Positions 21,394 through 31,418 are shown, counted from the first letter of the stretch. The stretch: 64,000 bases of DNA from Candidatus Multivoradales bacterium (GCA_965223855.1 CBDCXM010000009.1:64001-128000), one strand, 5' to 3'. The notes: a model not told the origin generated them from the sequence alone. Numbers and translations are program-made.

Positions 21394-24300
21394 ATGGGGT
21401 CGAGAGTCGAGCGCCGTCGGTGCGCAGCCATCGTCTTGTTGCTGATCGTCTGTCCAGCCGTCGGCAGCGCCTCGGACAGTGACGCCCCCGACTTCTCCGA
21501 GGTCGAGGACATCCTCCTGGGCCAGCGCCATCTGCTGCGCAACGACGATCTGGTGGTCTCTTTCGACCGGCGAGTCAAGTTCAACGACCACCACAACTTC
21601 ACCAACTTCGTCCTCGAGACGGAAGGCCTCCGGATCTCGAAGCAGAGCGACAGCCTGATCGCCAGGCCCGACTGTCTGCTGCGACGAACCCGCGACACCA
21701 GCGAGACGCCGTTTCTCACCAACGCGTACCACACCCGGATCGGGCGGGTGTTCAACCTCGATCGCGACGTGTCCGTGACGCTCGCGCCGCTCGCCGACAG
21801 CCGCGGCGACGGCTGCCCCGGGGAGGTCGGCCTCTACGTCAGGGATCACGTCGATGGCGGCAACGACTCGCTCACGGTGGTCCCCAACTCCGGCCCCTTC
21901 TGGACCGACCTGCTGCTCGCCGATTTCGATCGCGACGGCTTCGACGACGTGTTCCAGTTCCACGGCTCCTCGCTCACCGGCGGAGGCTTCGCCTTCCTCA
22001 CGGCCGTGGACGTCGACGATCCGGGAAAGGGACTCGAGCGAGCCACCTACCGCGGCATGCCGAGCGAACTCGTCCCCGTCGCCGGTCCGGCGGTCGCCGG
22101 AGACTTCAACGGCGACGGCGCGATCGACCTCGCGTGGCTGGCGGCCAAGCCCGGGGATGGCAGCCCGGTGTCGATCGCCCTGCTCTCGGTCTGTCCCCGA
22201 GCCGGAGCAACCGTGCTCGGAACGACCTGCAAGGACGCGTTCGCCCTGGTGCCGAGCAACACGAGCCAGATCGGGCCTCGAGCGATCGCGACCGACCTCC
22301 GGCTCGAATGGCCCGAGCTCGACTGCAGCGGCTGCCCGACCTCGACCTACGGCTTCGGTCTCGCGGCCGGCAACTTCGACGGCCGTCTGGCCGCCGACTC
22401 CGGATTCGAGAAGGACGAGCTGGCGCTGGTTCGCTCCGACATTCACGCGGGAACGTCGACGCTGTGGGCCTATCGCTTCGACGCGAGCCTGAAACCCGAC
22501 GGAGCCCCGAAGAAGACCGACGTCACGAGTCACGTGGTGCCGAACCAGAAGCTGTTCCTCGCCGGCGGCAGAGTCAACCAGTTCCGCGCCGCCGATCAGA
22601 TCGCGGTGGTGTCGGGTTCGTTCTCCAACGCTCGCCTCGCCGTCCTCCAGTTCGACTCCGATCTCACGGTCCACGCCCGCAGCATCGACGTCCTCCGCGA
22701 CGCCTTCAACTCGAAGCTCAGCAAGGGTGGGTTCCCCTTCCCGCAAGGAGTGACGATCGGCCGTTTCGACCCGCCGACCTCCGGCGGCACGACGGAGGAC
22801 TTCAACTCGCAGATCGCCGCGCTCTACGAGGTCAACGACACGGTCAACGGTCGACTGAGCACCGTCGTCCAGATCTACTCGCTGGCAGAAGGCTCGACGG
22901 CGAAGCCGAAGCTCCGCTCCGAGCACAAGCTCCTCGACGGCCGCTATCTGGAGGGGGTGCTGGCGCACTACGCACCGCTCGAGGCCGGCGACCTGCGCGG
23001 GCGCTCGCTGCTGCTGGGCGAGCCGAGCACCTTCCAGGTCGAGTCCCACCTGCAGCCGAGCGTCCTGCTTGGGAGCCCGCCGCAGCACGTCGACTACATC
23101 ACTCCGGTGCGCGGCGAGCGCCCGGTGATCTTCAACTTCAGTGCCCTCAAGAAGGACTTCAACTCGACCTACAAGGTCGACGTCAGCTCCGAGAACCAAT
23201 CCTCGAGCAAGTCGACCACCAGCACCGGCTGGAGCCTTTCGGAGAAGACCAAGGTCGAGGGCAAAGCGGTGGTCGGCCCGGTCGAGGTGTCGGGCGATCT
23301 CCATCAGTCGCTCGACGTCGCCGAGGAGCGCACGGTGGGCGAGACCTTCGACACCTTTTCGAAGAAGTCGTTCAACGCCTCGACGGCGACCGGCTTCGGC
23401 GACCAGGTCTGGTACTCGTCGCGGCGGATGAACGTCTACCTCTACCCCGTCATCGGGCAGTACCGCTGCCCGATGGACCTGCCCGATTGCAGCGACGACG
23501 AGAAGGTGCAGCTCGTGGCAACCTTCTCCGGCCCCGACAACGTCACCTCGAACATCAGCGCCTCGGGCCGGACGCTCGAGTGGTACCAGCCGGTCCACGT
23601 CCCCGGCCAGCTGCTGACCTATCCGTGGAACCGGGAGCAACTCACCCTTCAGGCGCCCGAACTCGAGGCGCTCAGCCAGACCGACACCGGCTCGTTCTAC
23701 ACCGACGACTCGTCGCGGACCACCAACGTCTCCTGGAGCAGCGGCAGCACGAAGAGCCAGAGCGTCGGTTTCTCGAGCTCGTGGAAGCTCGGCGGCGGCT
23801 TCTCGACGACCATCGGCACCCCGGAGGCGACCTACAAGGAGGCGGGCGGCATCAAGGGGAGCGTCGGGTTCGACATGGCCTACAGCAGCGGCCTCAAGAC
23901 GCTCAACACCGACAGCCACAAGGTGGGCGCTTCGAGCGGCATCAGCGTCCGCAAGCCGGCCACATTCCCGTCGGCCGCCAGCTACCAGTTCCTCGTCACC
24001 CCGTACATCTTCGGCTCCGCGCCGCCCCCCGGCCAGACCCAACAGCTCGAGCCCGACGCCGACATCGAGACTCACGGCCCGCTGCGGACGGCCTTCGCCG
24101 CCGATCCGACCACCAACGCCAGCGGCAGCTGGTGGTCGACCGGCGACTACCGGCGCCACCTCGATCTCGGCTTCGGCTTCGCCGCCCGCTGGGAGATCGT
24201 CGCCAAGGGCACTCCCGGCGTGAAGGACTCCGACACCGCCTGCCGGGGCGGCGAGTGCGCGGTGATGGACGAACCCGACACCGCAGAGCTGTGGAACAGC

Positions 24301-25314
24301 TCGTTCTACTGGCTCCGCGGCTTCTACATCCGCGCCAACGGCGGGGGCGCGCAGCGCTCGGCCGTGCGGGCCGGCGACCAGGTCGAACTGAGCGCGCGGG
24401 TCTACAACCTGAGTTTCGTACCGATGGCCTCCACCCAGCGGACCCGGGTTCGCTTCTACGCCCAGCGCTGGGATCCGCGCACCAACGACCCCTACGCCGG
24501 AGCGGCCAGCTTCCTCGTCGGCGAGGACCTGCTCGGTCCAATCCCGGCCTTCGCCGGCGGTTCGGAGCCCAACTGGAAGCTCGCCCGCACGACCTTCGAT
24601 ACCGGAAGCTGCCCCGGCGGCTGCGCCGGGAAGTACTTCGTCTTCTGGGCCGTCGTCTGGGGTGAGGAGGCGAACGGCACCGTGATCCGCGACGAACTCC
24701 CGGGGCACGGCCTCAACCGCGAACTCACCGCGACGCAGCTCGACGACCTGCTGTCGGAGGACACACCGACGATCGAGGCCGCCCTCGCCGTCGGCACCCC
24801 GACCGGAGGGCTGCTCGAGCGAACGGCGCTAGCCGGGGGCGACGAGACCTCGTTCAGCAACAACGTCGGCTACTTCCATCAGGTGTTCTACGTTCACGAT
24901 CGGGAGAACAGCGGCGCCCTGCGCGCGAGCCCGGAGGCCCAGAACGCGGAGGCCCAGAACGCGGAGGCCCAGGGCACGGGCCAGGGCACGGTCACCCTCG
25001 AAGCCGTGCAGGTCGAGCCCGAGCGCATCGCGGCCGGCGAAGAGGTCGTCCTGACCGCCACGCTGACGGCCACCCGCACAGGCAACAGCGGCGTCCAGGT
25101 GCTCGTCTGGAGCCACGAACCCGGCGGCGGCGAGCCGACACTCCTCGACCACGAAGCAATCGGTCACGTGCGCTCGGACCAGAGTTACGAGATCAGCGTT
25201 CCTTTGCGGCCCGGGGGTTGTGGCCGGCGGTCGATCGAGGTGCGGGTGGACAGCGGCGAGCCCGTCGGAGCGGGACCGGCAAGGGCGCAGTTGGAGATTG
25301 AAGTCGACTGCTGA
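21394..25314 (+). CDS. Large secreted FG-GAP/VCBS-repeat protein with Ser/Thr-rich central region and Ig/CARDB-like C-terminus
   Basis: GAGGAGG RBS and ATG 21394; signal peptide; ADFDRDGFDDV, GDFNGDGAIDLAW, GNFDG motifs; GDQVELSARVYNLS Ig-like domain. Confidence 0.75.
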   Translation: MGSRVERRRCAAIVLLLIVCPAVGSASDSDAPDFSEVEDILLGQRHLLRNDDLVVSFDRRVKFNDHHNFTNFVLETEGLRISKQSDSLIARPDCLLRRTRDTSETPFLTNAYHTRIGRVFNLDRDVSVTLAPLADSRGDGCPGEVGLYVRDHVDGGNDSLTVVPNSGPFWTDLLLADFDRDGFDDVFQFHGSSLTGGGFAFLTAVDVDDPGKGLERATYRGMPSELVPVAGPAVAGDFNGDGAIDLAWLAAKPGDGSPVSIALLSVCPRAGATVLGTTCKDAFALVPSNTSQIGPRAIATDLRLEWPELDCSGCPTSTYGFGLAAGNFDGRLAADSGFEKDELALVRSDIHAGTSTLWAYRFDASLKPDGAPKKTDVTSHVVPNQKLFLAGGRVNQFRAADQIAVVSGSFSNARLAVLQFDSDLTVHARSIDVLRDAFNSKLSKGGFPFPQGVTIGRFDPPTSGGTTEDFNSQIAALYEVNDTVNGRLSTVVQIYSLAEGSTAKPKLRSEHKLLDGRYLEGVLAHYAPLEAGDLRGRSLLLGEPSTFQVESHLQPSVLLGSPPQHVDYITPVRGERPVIFNFSALKKDFNSTYKVDVSSENQSSSKSTTSTGWSLSEKTKVEGKAVVGPVEVSGDLHQSLDVAEERTVGETFDTFSKKSFNASTATGFGDQVWYSSRRMNVYLYPVIGQYRCPMDLPDCSDDEKVQLVATFSGPDNVTSNISASGRTLEWYQPVHVPGQLLTYPWNREQLTLQAPELEALSQTDTGSFYTDDSSRTTNVSWSSGSTKSQSVGFSSSWKLGGGFSTTIGTPEATYKEAGGIKGSVGFDMAYSSGLKTLNTDSHKVGASSGISVRKPATFPSAASYQFLVTPYIFGSAPPPGQTQQLEPDADIETHGPLRTAFAADPTTNASGSWWSTGDYRRHLDLGFGFAARWEIVAKGTPGVKDSDTACRGGECAVMDEPDTAELWNSSFYWLRGFYIRANGGGAQRSAVRAGDQVELSARVYNLSFVPMASTQRTRVRFYAQRWDPRTNDPYAGAASFLVGEDLLGPIPAFAGGSEPNWKLARTTFDTGSCPGGCAGKYFVFWAVVWGEEANGTVIRDELPGHGLNRELTATQLDDLLSEDTPTIEAALAVGTPTGGLLERTALAGGDETSFSNNVGYFHQVFYVHDRENSGALRASPEAQNAEAQNAEAQGTGQGTVTLEAVQVEPERIAAGEEVVLTATLTATRTGNSGVQVLVWSHEPGGGEPTLLDHEAIGHVRSDQSYEISVPLRPGGCGRRSIEVRVDSGEPVGAGPARAQLEIEVDC
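24932..24972 (+). repeat. In-frame 15-bp tandem repeat (EAQNA x ~2.7) in a linker
   Basis: CGGAGGCCCAGAACG at 24932 and 24947, partial copy at 24962. Confidence 0.75.
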
Positions 25315-25324
25315 TCGGGGCTGA

Positions 25325-25789
25325 TCAGAGCGGAGAGCCGCCGTCGTTCTCCTCCGCTTCGGCATCCGAATCCCCGGAAGAGCGCCGCGAGAGGAGCAGC
25401 CCCGCCAGCAGAATGCCGTACAACGCTCCCATGACGACCTCCGCGTTACCGACCACGAGCCCGTCATAGTCCACGACCGAGCCCGCCCTCGTGGAGTTGA
25501 CCCAGAGTCCGAGAGCCCACCAGGCGAGACCCATGGCCAGGGCATGAACGAGGAGGGGCGTGCCCCAGCGCCTCGTCCCCAGAGATCCGACGGCAGCGGT
25601 GAGCGGAAAGACGCCGAGAACGAGAACCTGGAGGCCGATCGTGGCTAGCGCCGGCGCTCCGGGAAGGTCGGGAAGGTCGAAGGAGCCCTGCAAGACGACC
25701 CAGATCCACCCGAGTGTCCTGACCGTGTGAAAGGCACCCAGGGCGAACAGCGAGCGGGCGACGAAGACCTCGACTCGTCGCTCCCTCAT
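25325..25789 (-). CDS. Hypothetical four-TM membrane protein
   Basis: Start MRERRVEV; four hydrophobic segments; converges on the FG-GAP gene. Confidence 0.55.
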   Translation of the reverse strand: MRERRVEVFVARSLFALGAFHTVRTLGWIWVVLQGSFDLPDLPGAPALATIGLQVLVLGVFPLTAAVGSLGTRRWGTPLLVHALAMGLAWWALGLWVNSTRAGSVVDYDGLVVGNAEVVMGALYGILLAGLLLSRRSSGDSDAEAEENDGGSPL

Positions 25790-25980
25790 CCGCCCGCCCC
25801 TGAACGCGAGGGACCTGACATGCCAGAGCTCGATTCCTCCAACCCTCCTCGATCGAGCCGGACGTGCAGGCACTCCGGATCACGGTCGCACCGTTCGGGA
25901 GTTCTGCGGTTGGCGCAGTCGAGTTTCATCGTCGCGAGGTTGCCTGGGCAGGTACGCGCATCTTACGCGCCGCCCTCGAG

Positions 25981-27868
25981 CTATTCGCCTTTCCCACCCC
26001 GTCGGGCTTCCGAGGGCCGCGTGTCGCGGATGTCGCTCAGTCCGCTGTTCGCCAGCAGGGTCCGGACTCTCGCGTCCTCGAGGAGACGCAGCAGCTCCGG
26101 ACTCGTCGCAAGTTGAAGAATGTGATCACCTCGCTCCACGGTCGCCTCGTCGAGGTACGCCAACGCCGCCTCCCGGTCTCCGCTCCCCTCGCTCGCCTCG
26201 GCCAGGAGGATCGCCGGGACGAAGCGGCTCGCCGATTCTCGCCTCAGTCTTCCGAGCTCCCAGCGCCAGAAGCCGCGCAAGCCCTCGCTTTCGACCTGGA
26301 GACGCAGCTCGGCCAGCAACCCTTCTGCCACCCCTCGTGCCTCCATCTCGAGAAGCCGCTCGGCCACGGCTCTCTCTTCCCGGCCGAGCTGGGTCTCCGC
26401 GTAGGCCATCTCCCTGCGCAACCAGGCGAAGCGGGAATCCAGATCCAGAGCGTGCCTGAAGTGCTCGAGCGCCTCCTCAAACCGCCCGGCGGCGTTCAGC
26501 CGCTGGCCGTGCGCCGCGTTGATGAGCGGCGAGAGCGGATCGAGAGCCAGCGCCCGCTCGCTCGACATCAGCGCTTCGTCGTGTCTCCCGAGGACGCTGA
26601 GGAGCTCTCCGTACCATTGATGCGCCGTTGCGTAGCCCGGACCGAGCTCGATCGCTCGCCGGTACGACGCTTCGGCTCCGACGAAGTCCCACTCGATCCA
26701 CCGCACATAGCCGAGGGAGGCGTGGGCTTCGGCGAGATCCGGATCGAGCTCGACGGCGCGCTGGGCGGCTCGCCTGGCAGGCGGGAAAGCCTCTTCCGGA
26801 GTGAGGGCGTAGTACGTGGACAGCAGCGCGTAGGCATCGGCCAGGCCGGAATGGGCCACAGCAAGCTCTGGAGCCAGCTCGATTGCCCGTTCGAACGCTC
26901 GACGGCTCTCCTCGAGGTCCTCGATGGTGCGACGGTTCCAGTGGAACCGGCCCCGCAGATAGAGCCAGTATGCCTCCGAGTTCACCGGCGGAGAACGCGA
27001 GATGGCCGATTCCTCGCGAACGGTGAGCTCGAGTTCCACGGCGGCGACGACCGCTCCGGCGATCGAAGCCTGGAGGTGGAGAATGTCGCTCATCGACTGG
27101 TCGAACTCGTCCGACCACAGGTAGGTCCCGGTCCCACCGTCGACGAGATGTGCGGTAACTCGGACCCGGTCTCCGGCTTGAACGACTGAACCCTCGAGAA
27201 CGGCCGCCACACCGAGCTCACTCGCGATGTCGGTCGCTGCCAGGGGACTGTCCCGGAAGGTCTCCACCGAGGTCGGAGAGATCACTCGAAGCTCCTCGAG
27301 TCGGGTGAGGCGAGTGATGAGGGCTTCCGTCAGGCCGGCCGCGAAGTAGGGCTCTACGCTGCCTTCCGAGAGCTCCTCGAACGGCAGCACGGCGAGGGAG
27401 CGGATCGGGGCTCCCGTACCGGTATCGGCCGGCGGGCGCAGGAGGTAGGCGAGACCGACGGCGAGCACAGTCGCCAACGCCATGACCATGCCGATCGCGG
27501 AGCGGCGCGATCGACGCGCCTGCGTGCCGGCTCCGACCCTGCCCCGCGGACTCGACTCGCGCGATCAGCCGGTAGCCGCGGCTCGCGATCGTCTCGATGT
27601 AGCTCGGCGACGACGCGTCGTCTTCGAGCGCTCGCCGCAACAGAGAGACCGCGCGGCTCAGCGTGGCGTCCACCACGGCCCGCCCTTCCCACACCAGATC
27701 GAAGATCTCCGCTCTCGAGACCACGTCGGGCGCGCGCTCGATGAGGAGCACGAGCAGGTCCATAACCATCGGCTCGACCCGCTTCTCCACTCCCTCGCGC
27801 TCGAGGCGAAGGAGAGCGGGTTCGACGACCCACTCGCCCACCCGCAACTTCTGTTCGGTGTCGGTCAT
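25981..27868 (-). CDS. CadC/OmpR-type winged-helix regulator with TM helix, TolB-like and TPR domains; frameshifted near 27510-27550
   Basis: VEPMVMDLLVLL...VVSRAEIFDLVW...YIETIASRGYRL in one frame; IRSLAVLPF...YFAAGLTEALITRL and TPRs in another. Confidence 0.82.
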
Positions 27869-27920
27869 CCGTGGTTCCAACGCTTCGAAGCCTCAGCCCC
27901 CCCGAGCCCCGCGCGACCGC

Positions 27921-27950
27921 CCTAACCGGATCCTAAGGCAGATCTCAGAC
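27921..27950 (+). promoter_or_regulatory. Three phased direct repeats (CTAAC/CTAAG/CTCAG, 11-bp period), candidate wHTH operator
   Basis: CT(A/C)A at 27922, 27933 and 27944, between the regulator and the divergent gene. Confidence 0.5.
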
Positions 27951-28032
27951 CTCCATCGTGACAGGAGGCGCAGGAGGCGGCGAGGGTGTTGCCTCGAGAC
28001 CGGGGCCGACACCACTTCCGGAAGGAGACGAG

Positions 28033-28443
28033 ATGAAACGCGGACGAATGCTGATGCTTCTGATGGGCCTGGGTGCCTGGACACTCACCCCCGCGCCCTC
28101 GACCGCCCACGACCCACCTGACTTCGACCACGTGATCGTGGAAGTCTGGGCCGGCAGCGTGCGACACGACATTCCGCTCGGAGCCCTGCCGCTCAGCGAC
28201 CAGTGGCACATCGGCCTGGCGCTCGGACTCCTCGAACGAGGAGACGAGAGCTGGTTGCGGGCGTCCCCCGAGATCAGGAACCACCCCATCTCTCGAGCGC
28301 TCGAACTGCGCCAGAGACGCAACGACACCGCCGAGATCGAGTGCGTCTTCGAAGGGGCCGAAGGGGTGGGTTGCTACTTCGACGAACCGCTGATGTTCTG
28401 CGGCGTGATGTGGGGCGACAAGTTCGCTGTCGGCTGCTGGTAG
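28033..28443 (+). CDS. Small secreted hypothetical protein with Cys-containing C-terminus
   Basis: AAGGAG RBS, MKRGRMLMLLMGLGAWTLTPAPSTA signal peptide, four Cys near the C-terminus. Confidence 0.65.
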   Translation: MKRGRMLMLLMGLGAWTLTPAPSTAHDPPDFDHVIVEVWAGSVRHDIPLGALPLSDQWHIGLALGLLERGDESWLRASPEIRNHPISRALELRQRRNDTAEIECVFEGAEGVGCYFDEPLMFCGVMWGDKFAVGCW

Positions 28444-28486
28444 TCGCGGGAGGCCGGAACTGAGGAACCCGTGCTGGACATCCGGC

Positions 28487-28682
28487 GTTCTGGGGGAGAG
28501 GTTCTGGGGGAGAGGTTCCGGGTGAATAGTCGAGCCAGCTTTCGTCGAACCAACTCCGAGGTCCCCGGGCAGAGGTCCCGGGTGAATACTCCCGGGGGGA
28601 GAGGTTCCGGGTGAATAGTCCGGGCAGAGGTCCCCGGGCAGAGGTCCCGGGTGAATAGTCTAGAGCCAGCTTTCGTCGAACC
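28487..28682 (+). repeat. Mosaic direct-repeat array downstream of the Y1 transposase
   Basis: GAGGTYCCGGGTGAATAST at 28512, 28572, 28601, 28641; GAGCCAGCTTTCGTCGAACC at 28532 and 28663; GTTCTGGGGGAGAG x2 at 28487; GAGGTCCCCGGGCA x2. Confidence 0.85.
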
Positions 28683-28880
28683 GAAACCCGATTTGGATCG
28701 CCTCAAAGCCGCCACACCAGGTCGAAACTCGGGCGGTTCACTCGCTTCTCGACCCCCTGAAGCGCTGACGTCAAGGACTCTCAAGGCCGGCTTAGTCCTT
28801 CTCAGGACTCCGGACGCATGGAGGTGTCTACAACCCGCGGCGGGGTCGTAGGGATCCCCTTCAGCAGAGAGCGCTTTCGC

Positions 28881-29795
28881 CTACCCCGCGCGCACCGTTA
28901 CCGGCAGGTAGCACGGTGGGCGGAAGCAGCCTTCGGGGAAGCCCACGTCTCGACCTCTCCGAAGCGTCTCCGCAGCCGCTCGGTACTCGATCACAAACCA
29001 CCGGTAGGCCTCTTCCATCGCCCGACGCACCTTGCCGTCACAGGCATGGAACCTCGGGGCAGGGGTGCGCTCGAAGTGTTCAGGCCGGTCGTGAGGATCC
29101 TGCGCCAGGATCGCCTGGCGCCCCAGCACCGGCTTGCCGGTCTCTTCGTGGTCCTTCTCCACGGCCTTGACCATCTCGCGGACTCGCTTGCGATAGTCCG
29201 AGCTGTCGAGGTGCTCCCAGCAAGGGATCGGAGTCAGCTCTAGACGATGCTTGGAGGCGAAGCGTGCCGGAGGATTCGCCTCTCCGCGGCGGGACGCTCG
29301 ATACTGCTCCGAACGGTCGATCCACTCGCCTTCCATCGTCTCTCCCGAGAGAAGCGCATGCGTACTCGTCGCTCCAGGCCAGTGGCGCGGTGAAGCAACG
29401 AGTCGCTCCTTGACGCCCTGCTCGAGGAGATAGCGGAGTCGCCGAACGTGATCCTCAGGCGTTTCGCTGACGACGACATCCGTGTAGCGACGGCCCCAGA
29501 AACGCTCCCTCCAGTCGTGCAGCCTTCCGATCTCGCGCGCGACATTGGAATTGACGTAGGCCATGAAGCTGGCCATCTGCTGAACGTCGGTAGGCCTCAG
29601 GAGCAGGTGAGCGTGGTTCGACAGGTAGACGAAGCCGCAGACCCGCATCGCGGTTCTTTCTTGAGCGCGCGCGAGAATTCCGACGACGCGGTCGCGCACC
29701 TTGGCTGAGGGTCGCAGCAGATAGCGGCCCTGTTGGGTCCGGACCGTGATCTCGACCAGCGACTCTTCCGGCAGGTAGCGAAGCTTCCTAGACAT
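28881..29795 (-). mobile_element. HUH Y1 transposase (IS200/IS605 superfamily, RAYT-like)
   Basis: LVEITVRTQQGRYLL; FVYLSNHAHLLL (HUH); FWGRRY; LRYLLEQGVKERLV (catalytic Tyr helix); no tnpB partner. Confidence 0.85.
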
Positions 29796-29833
29796 TCCAT
29801 GGAGAAGGACGCGACCGAGGCGGCGAATCTTGC

Positions 29834-29852
29834 ACTATTCACCCGGCACCTG
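29834..29852 (-). repeat. Inverted copy of the array motif upstream of the transposase
   Basis: Minus strand reads CAGGTGCCGGGTGAATAGT (17/19 identical to GAGGTTCCGGGTGAATAGT), about 40 bp before the ATG. Confidence 0.8.
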
Positions 29853-29972
29853 TTCTCGGCGGCGCCCTGAGCGGCCCAGTTCCCGACCCCTCTTCCAACA
29901 CACGATAAAATATCTTATCGGGCCTAAACCCTTGATACGGAGAGAGTTCCTACCGCTCCCACCCTCGACTCG

Positions 29973-31418
29973 CTACCCTTCCCAATTCGGCGCCACCAAC
30001 CGCCGCCGGCCACCACTGGACAGAGCGACCCCTGGCTCCTCCAACCCCTCTCGATCCCACAACTGACAGGTCACCTGCTTGTGCTTCTGATCGAGGCCTT
30101 CGCAGTAGTTGGAGTAGACGCAGCGGCGGACTTCCTTTCCTCGGCCGAGGCGTATTTTCAGGAACCAGTCGGGGTCGGCGAGGCTCTGGCGCGCGGCGGC
30201 GACGATGTCGGCCTGGTCTTGTTGAAGAATCGCCTCCGCCTGGTCGAAGCCGTGGATGCCACCGGCGACGACGATAGGGGTCTCGAAGCCGGCGGCGCGG
30301 ACGGCGTGACGGATCCGTTCGGTCGGTTCGAGGTTACGGCCGAAGGGTCCCTGCTCGTCGGAAATCGCGGTCGGCATGCACTCGTAGCCGCTGGGGCCGG
30401 TGTAGGGGTAGGCGGCCCAGCCGATGCGGGGCTGTTTGGCGTCCTCGAACTTGCCGCCGCGGGATAGCGACAGGAAGTCGAGACCCTCCCCTGCTAGGCG
30501 CGTGCCGAACCAGGCGGCGTCCTCGACGGTCGAACCGCCGTCGATGCAGTCTTCGGAGAGGTAGCGGCAGCCGACGGCGAAGCTCTCCCCCACCTGCGCC
30601 CGCACCGCCGCCACGACTTCGAGCGGCAGCCGCACCCGGCCTTCGAGTGAGCCGCCGTAGCCGTCGGTGCGGGTGTTGCGGGCGGAGAGGAACGACGCCA
30701 TGGTGTAGGCATGCGCGAAGTGAAGCTCGACGCCGTCGAAGCCGGCCTGTTCCGCGCGGCTGGAGGCGGCGGCGAAGAGCTCGGGCAGCACGGCCGGCAG
30801 GTCGCGGATCTCGGGCTGGTCGACGTCGGTGACCCGCTGGCGATAGCCGTAGCGCAGCGACTCGAGCTCGCGTTCGTCGAGGACGGTCTCGAGGGCCTCG
30901 TCGTCGAGCGTCGCGAGCCGGGTGCGTACCTCCGTCTCGTCCTCGATGCCGAGCCCTTCGCGGTGTCGATCGGTGATCTCGAGGTAGCGAGCGAAGTACT
31001 TCTCCGGATCGGGTCGGCGGCGGATGGTGAGGAAGTCGATCACCTGGATCAGCAGCCGGGTGCGGCCGTCGCTCGCCCGCCGCACCGTCTCGACCAGTGC
31101 CTTCAGCCCGGGGAGGAAGCGGTCGTGACCGATCCTCAGGAGCGGGCCGCTCGGTACGTCGCGAATCCCGGTCGCTTCGACCACCAGGGCGCCGGGCTGC
31201 CCGCGGGCGAAGCGTTCGTACCAGGCGAGCACGTCTTCGGTGACGAACCCGTACTCGGTCGCCCGCCACGGCACCATCGCCGGCACCCAGGTGCGCTCGG
31301 CGAGATGCATCGGCCCGACCTCGATCGGCGAGAAGAGCTTCGAGGCAGCCGCCTCGTCGGCGGTCGGCCATGCCACCTCGGGCAGCTCGTGGCGGATCCG
31401 CTCGGGGGGCTTCCACAT
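29973..31418 (-). CDS. NADH:flavin oxidoreductase (old yellow enzyme family)
   Basis: AGFDGVELHFAHAYTMASFLSARNTRTDGYGGSLEGRVR; ARQSLADPDW; C-terminal Cys cluster. Confidence 0.88.
   Translation of the reverse strand: MWKPPERIRHELPEVAWPTADEAAASKLFSPIEVGPMHLAERTWVPAMVPWRATEYGFVTEDVLAWYERFARGQPGALVVEATGIRDVPSGPLLRIGHDRFLPGLKALVETVRRASDGRTRLLIQVIDFLTIRRRPDPEKYFARYLEITDRHREGLGIEDETEVRTRLATLDDEALETVLDERELESLRYGYRQRVTDVDQPEIRDLPAVLPELFAAASSRAEQAGFDGVELHFAHAYTMASFLSARNTRTDGYGGSLEGRVRLPLEVVAAVRAQVGESFAVGCRYLSEDCIDGGSTVEDAAWFGTRLAGEGLDFLSLSRGGKFEDAKQPRIGWAAYPYTGPSGYECMPTAISDEQGPFGRNLEPTERIRHAVRAAGFETPIVVAGGIHGFDQAEAILQQDQADIVAAARQSLADPDWFLKIRLGRGKEVRRCVYSNYCEGLDQKHKQVTCQLWDREGLEEPGVALSSGGRRRLVAPNWEG

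Noticed and set aside
21091..24708. Long antisense and alternate-frame ORFs (also 4607-7162, 31240-33930, 43928-46681)
   Set aside because: Shadow ORFs of high-GC coding genes, with no motifs and full overlap with well-supported CDSs
28487..28682. Possible CRISPR array
   Set aside because: Repeat spacing is irregular (60, 29, 40 bp), the intervening sequences are themselves repeated, and there are no cas genes
28881..29795. IS605 element with TnpB/omega RNA
   Set aside because: No TnpB or IscB ORF next to the Y1 transposase
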